The translations under genes and the position numbers were made by a program. Shown in pieces: positions 10,209 through 23,883 of a DNA stretch of 64,000 nucleotides; within the stretch, counting starts at the first letter, position 1; the number at the start of each line of letters is the position of its first letter. The notes beneath the pieces were generated by a model. It saw nothing but the letters and a program-made list of their open reading frames with translations, searched no databases and was not told the DNA's origin. The DNA is from Geosiphon pyriformis uo1 (Eukaryota > Fungi > Glomeromycota). The stretch covers positions 892,697 through 956,696 of the forward strand of contig JAAOMT010000046.1 in NCBI GenBank assembly GCA_016748015.1, written 5' to 3'.

Positions 10209-13200
10209 GTGGTGACTCAAACAGATTCAAAAACTCTAGAGTATTATTAGTCAATCTACACCCACTGCAAGCAGAGATTTAACATCCCAGACGGAATTGA
10301 AACATTCAAGAAAACACTTTACTAATACATTGAAAATTGCATCAACAATTATCTTTTTGGAGACTACAACATTTCAGAAGTTAGACACAACTTATATGAA
10401 AGCTTAGTACATCACTCTCATCTAAACACTCAGAATTTTAACAGTTAAACACTTGAAACATACTTCCAAGAACTCAACTTCAATATCATTCAGTATTGTA
10501 AAGAGAATTACTTAGTAGAACAGAAATTTTCTCTTGGTTTTGAATTGGAAACAGAAGAAAGAAAAAGAAAAAGGAACAAAAACTCAGAACTACTCCCAAT
10601 ACACCTAAAACCACTACCAAACATTTACAAACTCCAGAACAAGGAACCAGTTTTAAATTACCACTCTCAATCACATTATTTCCAGCTTCACTTGCTCAAT
10701 CACAAACACCAAGCTTACCTCTTATTCGGTTTTCAAGAATAGAAGATTTTCAGTCACTCAAAAGTCCTATTCAACAACAAAAACCAATATTAACTAGCAC
10801 CAACCTTCTTGATTACCTACAGAATGACTTGACAAAGTCTCAAAAGCAGGAGATACAAATGGTTGGAATGCTGCCAAAATGTTAAAAGCAATTCCATACT
10901 TTTTACAAAGAACGGCCGGTAAATAGTTTGAAAACTTGGAAGCCCCACCAGAACACTGGGAAGCATTCAAAACTGCTTTCCTAGAACAGTTCACTGACAA
11001 TAACACTTTTATTATCCTTCAAAATCGGTTCCGAAATATCAAGCAAGAACCAAGTAAATTAGTTATGACCTATCTTGGGAAATTCAACAAACTGCTTAAA
11101 AGAATTCGCCAATTAGAAACCAATGAATACTACTCCAATGCACAAATCTTGGATCAATTCATTGCTGAACTAAAAGACAAACTCATCAAGAAAGTTTACC
11201 CACATGCATCAAAAAATTTAGCCACTGTTATTCAACAGGCGAAAAACTATGAAATGGCTATGGAAGAAGCCAACCATACCAAATTTGTTAACCTGGCTAT
11301 TGGAGAAACCAGCTCAGCAGCTGAAGAAAAAATTGACCAATTAACCAAGAAAGTTGAAAACTATTTCATCAACCAACAGCAACAACAGCAGCCACAACAA
11401 TTACAATAACCACAAAGATACCAACTCCCACAACAACGCAATCAAAACAACTTCGGACCACCACCCAACAACCAAATCCAAAATTGTCATTATTGTGGAA
11501 TTCCAGGATACTGGAAATGCAATTGTAGAAAATTGCAATGAGACCAACAACAGAGGAATAATCAACATTACCCTTCACCACAGCAATCTTATTATCAACT
11601 ACCATCACCAGCTTACTATCCACCAAGACCTCAATACCAAAATAACTATTATCAGCCCGCCCCACAGCCAATCCAACAGCAATACCAACAACCACCCACA
11701 CAACATTATCAAGTACCTGCTCGAAAATTGATTACACAAAATCAATTCACATCACAAAACCGATACCAAGTAAACAACAATAGAATCAGTTCAAACAACC
11801 AATTAGTTCCCCAAAATTCCACTCAACCAAGACCCAACCACTATCACACTCAACTCAGTTATTTAACAATGTCAGAAGAACAGGATTTTCACTATACTAC
11901 ACTCTCAGAAGGTAGAATTGTAGCACAACAACAAAATTCTTCTCATAATCACACCATTATTCCACCAGCCAGAATTGCTGAAAATACCAATCTCTCTAAT
12001 ATCTTTCTTTTCGAGTTCAAAGCCAATGAATCATCATTTCTACTCAGCAATGCTGCTGCAAATGAACAGAAAGCAATCACAGCTATGTATACTGAAGCTG
12101 AAGTTGAAGGAAAGACAATTCGCTTAATTCTAAACAGTGGATCTACTGGAAGTATTATTACTTACCAGTTGATGCAACAGTTAAAGAGAAATGTTAACCG
12201 ACCAGCTCAGACAATTATTGTCACTGCTGATAGCATGAAAAAGATTCCAGTAGGAGAAATTGATAATTTTCTGTTTACTCTTGATGTAATCACTATTTCA
12301 GTCAAAGTTCTTGTAATAGACACTCCTTAGTATCAAGCCCTTGTCAGAAATGACTGGCTTCAAAAAGCCAATACAAAATTAGACTGGGAAACCCAAAAAC
12401 TACAAATCTCTTACCAAGGACAACATGTCTGAGTACCTGCCACTTGTGGTATATTCAATAAACACTTCGAAAAAGCCCTGGCTTTTGAATTTGAATCAGA
12501 AGAAAAAAAACCAATAATTGAAACATTCATGGCTCTTGGATCAATGTCCAATTGGGCCGATAAAACTGAACAAGAACATTTTACTCCACACTCTGAACCT
12601 AAAACCCCTGGATGGAATATCTCTTACTCAAAGCCTGAACCAAGGAAACAATGCCCTTACATTCCCCTTAAATACAAAGATTGTCACAAGAAACTTTCAT
12701 CAATGGGAGCCTGCATTTCACCTGAAGAAGAATATGAAAATCATACTTATTATTACTACAAGGCTTGCCACAGAGAATGATGGGGCCATTTAATAAAAAG
12801 AAGCGGAAAATGGGACAACACCCCTTGTTTGACTTGTGGAAATATGCTACTGAAAGAATGCAATTGGATTGATATAACAATGAGAGGAGGAGTCTGCAAT
12901 CAGACCTGCCAATATTTTTATCAATTTCAGAAAAAGTCAAAAGAAGAACACTCTTTGATGCAGTATACAACAGTGTTCTCAACAAACTTTATCACTATCC
13001 TCATGATGCTGAGATGATTTTCAACCTAGCAATGGTATTAATTAACAGAGCCACTCAAGAAAATGTTTGTCAAATGAAAGAATCAGAATACATTGCATAC
13101 ATCTTTAAAATTGCTGGATACAACTACAAAGATGAAGTAGAAGTATATCACCAAATTGCCAGTCACATCTATCCAACCAAAGAAGCACAAGCTCAATGGC

Positions 13201-15562
13201 TAGAGCAAATGAACATTAAATTATGTGAGGAATGCATAATGCCTTGTGATGAACAATGGTGTTCTGAATGCTATGCTCTTAGCATTCCCTTGCCCAGTGA
13301 AAGTGATGAATATGAAATTGAATTTGGAGAACCTGAAGCAACAGAAGAAATAGAAACCACACCTGTCTATCTCATTGAAAATCAGTCTGCTTCACAACTC
13401 AAATACTTCAACAACAATGGACAAGAAATAAAGCCTGAAAAAGCCCACAAAATTGATGCTAGATACAATCTAAGATATCCAGGAAAAGATACCCTTACTT
13501 TCAAACCTAAATCACTCACAAAAATCAACCTCAAAATTGTCCTCGAAATCTCACTAGGAGCAATAGTCCAAATTGCTTCATGATTATCATTGGTAAGCAA
13601 AAGAATTAATGTTAAAGGAGGAATCATAGATGTGGGATATACAGGAGACATTACAATTATGTTACAAAATAAAACCAATAAATTTTTTCAGATTGAACAT
13701 GCCGAAAAAATTGCTCAAGCTATTTATTTACCCTTAATCAACATTTCGGGTTTACAATTAGTCAGTCAAAAAGAACAATTGGGAAAGAGTGAAAGAGAAA
13801 CCAAAGATTTTGGTTCAACTGAACGATTCACAGTTCTAGTAAACATAGCTCTTAACAAACAAAATAAATCTCACCAGATTCTATGACTTTCACAACCAAT
13901 TACTATTTCACTGTTTGGAGAACATCCAGAAATTTACACCTGCCCAAAGCCAATGACCACACAACAAATTTTTGAGTCTAACAAACAAATCTGCTCAGAA
14001 CATAATATCTTGATCCCAAATATTTACATTCCAGAAGGAACAAAAAAAGTCCGAGTTACTTTTTACAATCCCAACAGTTACCCAATAGTTTTATTAAATA
14101 ACATAGAAATTGGAGTTATTCACAGTAACATCTTTTAACAAGAATTACCCCAGACAGTTCCCAATTTTTTGAAAATCATTAAACATTCACTACCAAAAAT
14201 CAACTCAAATCTCAGTTTTGAAAACTACCATGTTGTTATAGAAAAATTATCTCAAATCAACATAGAACAACTTGAACCACAACAACAGAACCAGCTCAAA
14301 GAGCTAATTGCAGAATTTGCCAATATCTTTGCTAAAAACAACAATAACTTAGGAAAAACTGATTTAGTTCAACACCAAATCTATACAGGAGATGCCAAAC
14401 CAAGGCGACAACAAGCCTACTGAGTTGCTTCAAAAAGTCACCAATTTATCCGAAAAGAAGTGCAACAGATGCTTAACAATGGGCTTATTCAACTATTGAT
14501 GAGTCCATGGGCTTCACCTGTAGTCCTAGTTAAAAAGAAAAATGGAAAGATACAATTTTGTGTTGATTATTGACAACTTAACAGTGTCACTATTGGAGAT
14601 GCCTACTCTCTTCCCTGAATCGATAACATGTTAGATGCCCTTGGAAAATCCAAATACTTTTCGACATTAGATTTAAAGAGTAGATACTGGCAAGTTGCCA
14701 TGGATCCCAAAAATTGCTCCAAAACAGCATTCACTACTCAAGGAGGAAATTATGAGTTCAACGTAATGCCTTTCGGATTATGCAATACACCAGCAACATT
14801 CCAAAGACTCATGAATGTTGTTTACAAAGGCCTCCTTTGGAAATCAGTAGTTGTCTATTTCGATGATACTAATGTTTATTCATCATCTTTTGAATTATAC
14901 TTAAAACACCTGTGAGAAGTTTTTCAAGGGTTATGAAAAGCAGGATTGAAACTGAACATCGAAAAATGCTACTTTGGAAAAACGAGTTTGGCCTTTTTTG
15001 GCCATATTGTGAGCAAAGATAGAATTAAACCAGACTCTGAAAAAATCAGCACTGTCAAGAACTTCAAGACTCCACAAAATACCACAGAATTGAGAAGATT
15101 TATTGGATTAGCTTCCTATTACCAAAAATTCATCAAAAGATTCTCAGAAATTGCAAAACCCTTCAACCAGCTCACTACTAAAAACGTCAAATACAAATGG
15201 ATAGAAGAACACCAAAAAGCTTTTGAAATTCTCAAGGAAAAGCTGATAATAGAAATGAGTGAGTAATTGCTTATGTTAGTAGAACATTAAAACCAGCCAA
15301 GAAAAATTACCCTGCCACAGAACTAAAAACAACAGCTGTAATTTGGGCCTTACATCACTTCAACCTTTATCTCAGACCTAAAGAATTTGATATTATCACT
15401 GATAATATTGGACTCAAATGGCTTCAGAACAAAAACACCCAATTGAACACAAAACAAACCCAATAGACAGGATTTTTAGCCAACTATCAATACATTGTAC
15501 ACCACAAACCAGGAAAACTCCACACCAACGTTGATTGTCTCTCAAGAATGATACAAGATTAG
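10209..15562 (+). pseudogene. Element B ORF1: Gag-protease-Cys-rich domain-dUTPase-RT-RNase H
   Basis: Knuckle CHYCGIPGYWKCNC; protease LILNSGSTGS; RT MPFGLCNTPATFQR and YFDD; RNase H C-terminus ...NVDCLSR; stop TAG at 15560-15562. Confidence 0.92.
13398..13830 (+). pseudogene. dut: dUTPase domain within element B pol
   Basis: All five trimeric dUTPase motifs, decayed: ARYNL (AGYDL), AS*LSL (RSS), GGIIDVGYTG, EKIAQ, ERETKDFGST. Confidence 0.9.
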
Positions 15563-15611
15563 AAAACAAAACCAACACCCATTTGAATTAATAGCAACAA
15601 AACAACAAACA

Positions 15612-16986
15612 ATGAACCCCGAAAACTACAACAATCTTAAACAATATCTGGAGACATTAACAATTCCAACAGATTGGTCCTCAGATGAAAAATGTCAATT
15701 ACAACAATAAGCCAAACAATACTTCTTACACAATAACATTATTTATTATCGAAACTTCAGAAACCCAGACAGTCCACTCAAATTAATACAAGAACATGAA
15801 AAAGAAACTATTTTATACAACATACACTCAGACTCTTTATCAGCACATCTAGGAAAAGACAGCACCACCCAGAGAACACTAGAATATTACTTTTGGCCTT
15901 GAATAAGAAAAAACATTCATGAATACATTAAATCTTGTGATAGTTGTCAAAGAAGAAGAGGAACTTGCCCTACAGAACCTTTAAATCCAATCAAAGTTGG
16001 ACAGCCTTTTGACCAAGTTGGTATCAATTTAGTCAGACCATTACTTATCACAAACCAAGGAAACCATTATATTGCAGTAGCCATAGACTATCTCACTAAA
16101 TGGTCTGAAGCCAGAGCCATTCAACAAGCAGATGCAAAATCAGTAGCAAATTTTATCTATGAAGACATTATCTGTAAACACAGATGCCCAATCAAACTTT
16201 TATCCAATCAAAGAACACATTTTGTGAACAATCTAATTCAATAAATCTGTGAACGATTCAATGTCAAAAGACTTTTGTCTTTGCCCTACCATCCACAGAC
16301 AAACGGACTTATGGAATGTTTTAACAGAACATTGTGTAAGTCATTAGCCAAAGTCTCAACTGATTTTGAGCAAGAATGGGATATCTTTATTTTATTAGTG
16401 TTACTAGCATACAGAACACTAAAACAAAATACCACAAAATACACACCATTTGATTTAACTTACAGGACAGCAATGTTACCAATTAGTTTCACAGTGGAAA
16501 CATACCCAGCACAACCAATCGATAAAAACAATTTCCAAGAAACACTTTAATGAAGAGCCTATACTTTGCTTAGCATATTGGAAAAAAAATGATGAATAGC
16601 AGCCACCCATATTGAACACTCCCAAGCTCAACAAAAAGAACAGCATAACAACAAATTGCCTCTAGTCACCAATAAATTTAAAGTTGGAAACAAAGTTTTT
16701 TTACACAGAACTAAAGCTAAAAAACAATGGAGTGGAAAATTCGAAAATAAATGGGATGGGCCATTTTTTATTCATGAAGTTCTAGGCAATGGATCATATA
16801 AGCTAAGACTTGATAACAAAATCCTAGCAAAAGTTGCACATGGAGATTGTTTAAAACACTATAATTCCAGAAACAATCCTGAACCATTAATTCCACAAAT
16901 TGGTACATATTCTCCTTTAATCAATTCTGAAGATATTCCTTAAAACTTAGAACCAATAGTTGTCATTGAACAACCCCCCAACTTGA
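15612..16986 (+). pseudogene. Element B integrase, separate ORF (HHCC, core, GPY/F; no chromodomain)
   Basis: Starts MNPENYNNLKQYL; H..H..CDSC; YHPQTNGL; KWDGPF. Confidence 0.9.
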
Positions 16987-17141
16987 ATACTTAATTTCAA
17001 TTTTACTATAGTTATTCCCTTATAATTTAGAAAAAAAAATGTCACAACAAAAACAAAACAAAGCATGCTGAAAAACAAAAAATAACATAAAAACCCACAT
17101 ACCAAAAATAATTTCAATTTTATTTTTCCAATTTCATTATA

Positions 17142-17811
17142 ATGACTATCCCTCAAAATATTTAACAGTTATCTCAAAAATTAATGTTAGCTTTAAAAAC
17201 AATACCCAAATTATCTATTACTATTACTGGAAAACATATTAATTATACCTAAACAGAAGTAGTTACAAATCTAACTCCAAATTCATGAAAGTATTACCCT
17301 TATAGAAAGAACACAAGAAGTTATTCTGGAATTTATCTACCAGAACTTTTAAAGCTTGCTTTAAAAAAAAATTTAATGTTCATTCCTATTAGTATTCCAC
17401 CAAATGCTACTATTCAACAAAAACTTCAACTGTGTTTTAATGAAAAAAACCATGACTATATTCCAATATATAGATATTTCTACATTGGAAAAACACTTCA
17501 CAAACAAAAATAGGAGCTTACAACAGCAAACCTCACAAAAGAAGCTATTCAGAAACAACTCCACAACAAATTCAAAACAATAGCTAGACCTACAAACAGT
17601 CACTATAAACTAAGAGCTGCTCTTAGACTTTATAACCTATTCCATACCTGTGAAAACGTCCTACAAAACCCAATTTTACAACCTTTGAAGATCAATACAT
17701 TGGAAAGTTCACAGAACTGAAATTTCAACAATTTTCAGACCAAATTTTTTCAATAATTTTGGATTATTATCTGAAAATTACAGATAGTATTTGGACTTTA
17801 ACAGAGCTTAG
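17142..17811 (+). pseudogene. Element B ORF3, unknown helical protein
   Basis: MTIPQNI*QLSQKL...LRLYNLF...LDFNRA*, ending at the PPT; termini match ORF3 of A, C and D. Confidence 0.6.
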
Positions 17812-17828
17812 TCTTAAAGAAGAGGTTA

Positions 17829-18812
17829 TATTACCAGACAAAATTAGAAATATTATTTAGCATGAAATTATCTTTATAATTCCTATCATCAATTAGCATA
17901 TATTATTGTTTCAAATTATCACTTATTATATTAGCAAAATGTCCAAAATTATCATTTAATTAATAACTCAATTTGTACATAACACAAATGTAACCTAATT
18001 GTGATAATCAATCATGCAATACTCCAAACTATGTAATATTTAAAAAGTTCACTGAAATTTGTAGAAATTTGCCAAAATAATTGATAGTTCACCAAAATAT
18101 CTAATAGTTCACAGAAATAACTTGTAGTTTGCCGAAATGTATCTTTAATTCAATAAAATTGTAAAAAATAGCAAAGTTTGAGTTCATAGAATAGTGTTAT
18201 AACAAATTGTATAAAAGAAGAGCTTCTCTTTTCGAGAAAATATATCTTACCTCAGATTTATCAATTAGAATCATCCTTTACACACAGAAACGAAATAAAT
18301 ATCAAATAATTCGAAAAATCAAATTCTTAATTATTTCTCTTGAAATTAACCAATTCCTACTAAACAATTTGAAATTGACTAGCTACCAATTTCACTAAAC
18401 TGTTAAAATGCTTCCAGGCCTAGATCCAAAACAACTTCAGTTTTACTTTTCCTTTATATTTCTTTTATTCTCTTTCTTTTCTTATTATAAATCATTTGGG
18501 TAGCCTACAGATAAGAATTCCTGTAGAAGAGTTGACTTTTACAGAAAAGTAACTACACATTTTAGTGAGCTTTTAGATGAGCATTTCTTGGAAAAAAGTT
18601 GACATTTACTACAATGTAACTACATAAAGCAACTGGCATGGAATTGGCCATTCCACTTATAAGCCCAGCAGTTCAAATTATAGAAGAAAATTTGAAGATA
18701 ATTTGAAGATAAATTCAGTTACTGGAGGTCCAACTACTTTCTGGAAACGTGAATTCACAGCAAATTAACATTAACAACATTTGAGAAAAGAGACCAAAAA
18801 CCTCTAGTAACA
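17829..18812 (+). repeat. 3' LTR of element B
   Basis: Follows the PPT AAAGAAGAGGTTA; TATTAC...GTAACA. Confidence 0.95.
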
Positions 18813-21800
18813 CCATCAAAGTTTTGGTAATGGAAACCACACAATACCAGGCTCTTGTGAACAATGATTGGTTGTCAAAAACTCATGCTACCCTTGATTG
18901 GACCATCCAAAAACTACAATTAACCTTTGATGGTTAGCATACTCAAACACCGGCCACTTGTGGCCACTTTAAACCAACTAACTTACAGCCACTGATCGAA
19001 CTTGAGGAGGAAACAAAGAAACCAACATGGGAAACATATCAGATTTTGTGGGCCAATGTCAACCACAATGAACTGCTGTCCATACTCTTATGAAATGACA
19101 AAAAGAAAAAGAAAGAGGAAAAAAAACTTACCTGGGGAACAAATCAGGGATTTTGGAGTGATCACAGCCAAAGTAAACCAACCACAGAATGGACTTGGGA
19201 AGAAAAAAGAAAAGGGAAAGAACAAGAAGAAAAGCCAGCACAATCTACCACTTCTGCATATGTCTCATATTCTACACAACCTTAGGCCACCTACTGTTAA
19301 CCTAAACTCATATGTGTCACATGTGACAAAAAATTGTTGGCGATGGGCGCATATTGTGACAACGACAAAAATTGGCAGATAGCAACATGATACTATTGTC
19401 ACTCATGCATCATTGAATGTGATAGCCAACCACCAAAAGTAGAAAAATGGGACAATATGCTATGCCTAGCATGCAGAGAAATGCTTCTGGATAAAGAAAT
19501 GTGAAATAACATTTCAGAATGAGGAGGAACGTGCAATGAAACATGCCAGTACACAATTCTAATAAATGATTGAGTATAGAAAGGGACCTCAATTGACAAT
19601 GCATAGAAACAAGCCTTAAGACATCTGGAAGGCTACCTACATAATGAACATGAGATCTGGAGAATGGTGTATACAATGACAGAAAGAGCTACAGCTAGCA
19701 AGTTGCAGGAAATCAAAACCAATCCATTATTCCTCCCAGAGCCAGAATATGTTGCAACGTTTGACATTTTTGGCAATGTTGAGGACAATTCCGAGAAATT
19801 CCATGAACATTACCAACAACTAGCACTCACAAGAGAAGAACAAGAAGAGCAGTTAGCACAGCTAAACACTCGATTATGTGACTACTGTTTAATTCTATGT
19901 AACTTTCAGTATTGTAATGAGTGTGACCTTATTTACAATCCACCACCACACATAATCTACACAATCCCTGAAGAAGAAAAACCAATCAGCAGCTGTGCAT
20001 TGGACTCAGAATCAATTTTCAATCCCAATTCAAACTCCGACAAGGATGATGATGAAAACACCAGTTCCAGTTCCATTCAAAATGGCATTAATAACAACAA
20101 TAATTTCAACTCAGATTTAAACTCCGATTTAAGCTACGAACAATATATCACACTCCCCAACCTCACTAAGGAGCAGGAACTTAAATGGTTCAGTGATAAC
20201 AATAAAAGTATTATGCCAGAATGCATACATGATACGGATGTCAAATTTGATCTGAGATATTCCAGAAGAGATGCCATCAAATTGGAACCACATTCGCGCA
20301 TCTGTATTGATCTGAAAGTAGCTTTAAAAATTTTAGCAACAATAATAGTTCAACTAGCATTTAGGAGTAGTTTAGCAAAAAGAGGAATAAACATCAGAGA
20401 AGGAATAATTGACACAGGATATGTAGGAAATATTATTGCTATGCTACAAAATGACTCAGAAAAGGCTTATATCATAGAGCCGAACGAAAAGATAGCACAG
20501 GCAATATTCCTGTCTCTGGTTAAAGTAGTCCAATTAGTGTTAGTAGGAATTAGGGAGGAATTAGGAATAACAGTAAGAGGAATACAGGGATTTGGATCAA
20601 CAGGTAGAATAGATGTACCAGTCAATATGGCAGAAGAAAAAATTGTTAACCAAGGAGAAATTATCTCAATGGGTCAAGCAATTTCCATTCTACTATATGG
20701 CCAGTACATGATAAGGATAAAGTAGGAAGTAAAAGAACAGAATTAGATTTTTGAAGCAGAACCAACTCTTTGTAAATCAAGAGAAATTGGACTCATCAAT
20801 TTTCATATACCAGCCAAAGATTACAACCACATTAAAATTTTCATCTATAATAACACAGGAAATGTCATAGTAATACCAGCCAGAACCACCATTAGATACT
20901 TAAGCACTGAAATAGAAGATCAACCACCAAGTACTATTCCAGACTTTCCACAGCTTTGTGGATATGTTGATATTACATCACAAACAATATACAGACAAAG
21001 CAAATGTTATTTGCTCCAACCAGAACAATTGAAACAAATGAACATGGAAAACTTAGACCCACTTCAACATGTGCAGCTCAAGATATTGCTCAACAATTTC
21101 AATGACATTTTTGCCAGCAAAAATGAGTTTGGCCAAACTGATATTATCCAACACCAGATCAAAACTGGAGATGTGATGCCGATCAAACAAAGAGCATACA
21201 GAGTACCACCAGCCAGCCATGAGATCATCCATCAAAAAATCAATTAAATGCTTGACAACGGGCTAATTTAGCCATCAATAAGTCTATGGTTGTCACCAGT
21301 AGTACTTGTCTGTAAAAAGAATGAAAAAATCCGATTTTGTGTGGACTATAGGAAACTCAACGGTATAACTCATGGAGACAGCTATCCAACCCCAAGAATA
21401 CAAGAATTGTTCGATACTTTTGGCAGAAACAAATGGTTCTCAACATTAAACTTAAACAGTGGTTACTGGCAAGTAGCCATGGATCCAGCCGACAAGAAGA
21501 AGATGGCATTTACCACTAGAGAAGAGAATTTCAAATTTGAAGTAATGCCTTTCAGCTTAACCAATGCCCCAGCCACTTTCCAATGGCTAATAGAAATTGT
21601 TTATACTGGCTTATTGTAGAAATCAGTAGTTGTATACTTGGATGACACCAATGTATTCTCAAAAACATTTGATGATCATTTTCATCATTTTCAACAAGTG
21701 TTTGAAAGGCTAAAAAGAACAGGACTAAAGTTAAATGCAACAAAGTGCTTCTTTGGCAAGACAGAACTAAAATTTTTAGAACACATAGTCAGCAAAGATG

Positions 21801-22438
21801 GCATCAAAACGGATCCAGAGAAAATAGAGATAGTAAAGAACTTTCCAGTACCAACCAATGTAATTGAATTGAAATCATTCTTGGGATTTGCAAGCTATTA
21901 TTGACGCTTTATAAAAAACTTTTCAAAGATAGCTCAACCACTTAATAATCTGCAAACCAAGAATACAAAATATGAATGGACAGAAAGTCAACAAGAAGCT
22001 TTTAATATTCTGAAAAGAAAGCTCATTCAAGCTCCAGTACTGATCTACCCAGATCACAACAAACCATTCATCATTACCACTGATGTATCAGGCCAAGCAT
22101 TGGGAGCAGTACTATTTCAGAAGGGACCAGACAGCAGAGAACATCCAGTAGCATATGTTAGCCAAGGTCTAACACCAGCCGAAAAGAACTATGGAACACC
22201 AGAACTAGAACATTTAGCAATCTATTGGGCAGTTATAAAGTGGAATAAATACTTGAGCCAAAAGTTTGATATATACACAGATCATAAAAGATTAACATCA
22301 CTTCAAAAGTAAAAATTTGATGACGGCCACTAATCCAGATGGAAAATAGCACTCTCATAATATACTTATACTATACACTATAAGAAAGGAAAAGACAATG
22401 GAAATGCTGATGATTTGTCATGAATAAGACAAATCTAA
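18813..22438 (+). pseudogene. Element A ORF1, part 2: protease C-half, Cys-rich domain, dUTPase, RT, RNase H
   Basis: RFCVDYRKLN, SGYWQV, YLDD, TTDVS..LGAVL, NYGTPELEHLAI, YTDH; stop TAA at 22436-22438. Confidence 0.93.
20179..20610 (+). pseudogene. dut: dUTPase domain within element A pol
   Basis: VKFDLRY, FRSSLAKRGI, GIIDTGYVG, EKIAQ and RGIQGFGSTG in ORF 19664-20725. Confidence 0.93.
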
Positions 22439-22500
22439 GAACATTTTAACCCAAAAATATAACAAAATCAGAACAATACCAATAAAAAATATAACAAAAG

Positions 22501-23883
22501 ATGAACATACAAAAATATCAACAACTCCAACATTATATAAATACTCAACAGTTCAAGGAGAATTTATCTCAAATGGAATGAAAGAGGATCAAACAACAAT
22601 CCAAATATTTTATCACTCACCAAAATATACTTTATCAGAAAAATAGAAAAGATTCAGATCAACCAACCAGAGTAATTACAGAACCAGAAAAAGAGACAAT
22701 ACTGTTCAACATGCACTCAGATCCAACTGCAGGACATTTTCATAAAGAAGCAACCATGAAAAAAACCAGAAAGAAATACTATTGGCCATCAATGTATCCA
22801 GATATCATCCAATATGTGCAAAATTGTGATGCTTGTCAAAGAAGAGGAGGAACAAGACCCAGTGAACCATTAAGACCAATCAAAGTAAGACAACCATTCG
22901 ACTGTATCAGAATTGATTTAGTCAGACCATTAACAATCACCAACAGAGAAAACAGATATATTGCAATAGCCATGGACTACCTTATGAAATGGCCAGAAGC
23001 AAAAGCAATTCAAAGAGCAGATGCAGAATCTGTTGCCAAATTTGTCCATCAAGATTTGATTTGTCGACATGGATGTCCAAAAGAACTATTATCAGACCAA
23101 AGAACCCATTTTGTGAATAGAACATTAGCAAAACTAAGCCAAAGATTCGAAATTAAAAGACCACTATTATCACCATATCATCCACAAACAAATGGTCTAG
23201 TTGAAAGATTTAATAGAATATTGTGTAAAGCAATTGCCAAACTCAGCCAAAAAAACCAGGATGAATAGGATTTGTTCATACTATTAGTACTATTTGCTTA
23301 TCGGATAATGAAGCAAGATACTACACAAGCAACACCATTTGAATTAGTATATAGTAGAACAGCAACAATACCAATTGAGATAGGAGTTAACACATATCCA
23401 ACTAAACCAATAACAGAAGAGAATTTCCAAGAAACATTGTTAAGAAGAACATATGACTTAATGGAAACATTGGAAAACAAATAAAGAAGAGCAGCTGATA
23501 ACATACAAAAGTTACAAGAGAAACAAAAAAAAAGACATGATAATCAACTACCAGACAAACCAGTTGAATTCAAGATTGGAGACAAAGTACTCTTACATTA
23601 TATCAAAGTGGAAAAACAATGGAGTGGAAAATTTGACCCCAAATGGAATGGACCATTTCACATAGAAGAAATTCTAGGGAATAGAGCTTACAAATTAAGA
23701 CTGGATAACAAAATTTTAACCAAAGCAGCACATGGAAATCGACTGAAATCATACCACAACATTACACCACCATTCATCAGTAATATTCCACAATTAGGAG
23801 TACAAAGAATACTAGTCCAACCAGATGAGATTCCACAAGATCTGGAACCAATCATTATTATCAATAACAACATGTCTAATTAA
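22501..23883 (+). pseudogene. Element A integrase, separate ORF
   Basis: MNIQKYQQLQHY; HSDPTAGH...CDACQ; RIDLV, LSDQ, YHPQTNGLVERFN; KWNGPF. Confidence 0.92.

Larger units (their letters stand above)
9179..18812 (+). mobile_element. Ty3/gypsy LTR retrotransposon B (dUTPase-encoding), nested in the protease of A
   Basis: 984-bp LTR pair; TSD TTAT/CCAT (ancestral CCAT). Removing it restores A's ...NGIIIPIKVLVME... frame. PBS at ~10165; PPT at 17816-17828. Confidence 0.96.

Noticed and set aside
11369-11701. Antisense and alternate-frame ORFs (e.g. 8263-8622, 11354-11731, 57768-58188)
   Set aside because: Shadows of CAA/CCA-rich Gln/Pro gag sequence; no independent motifs.
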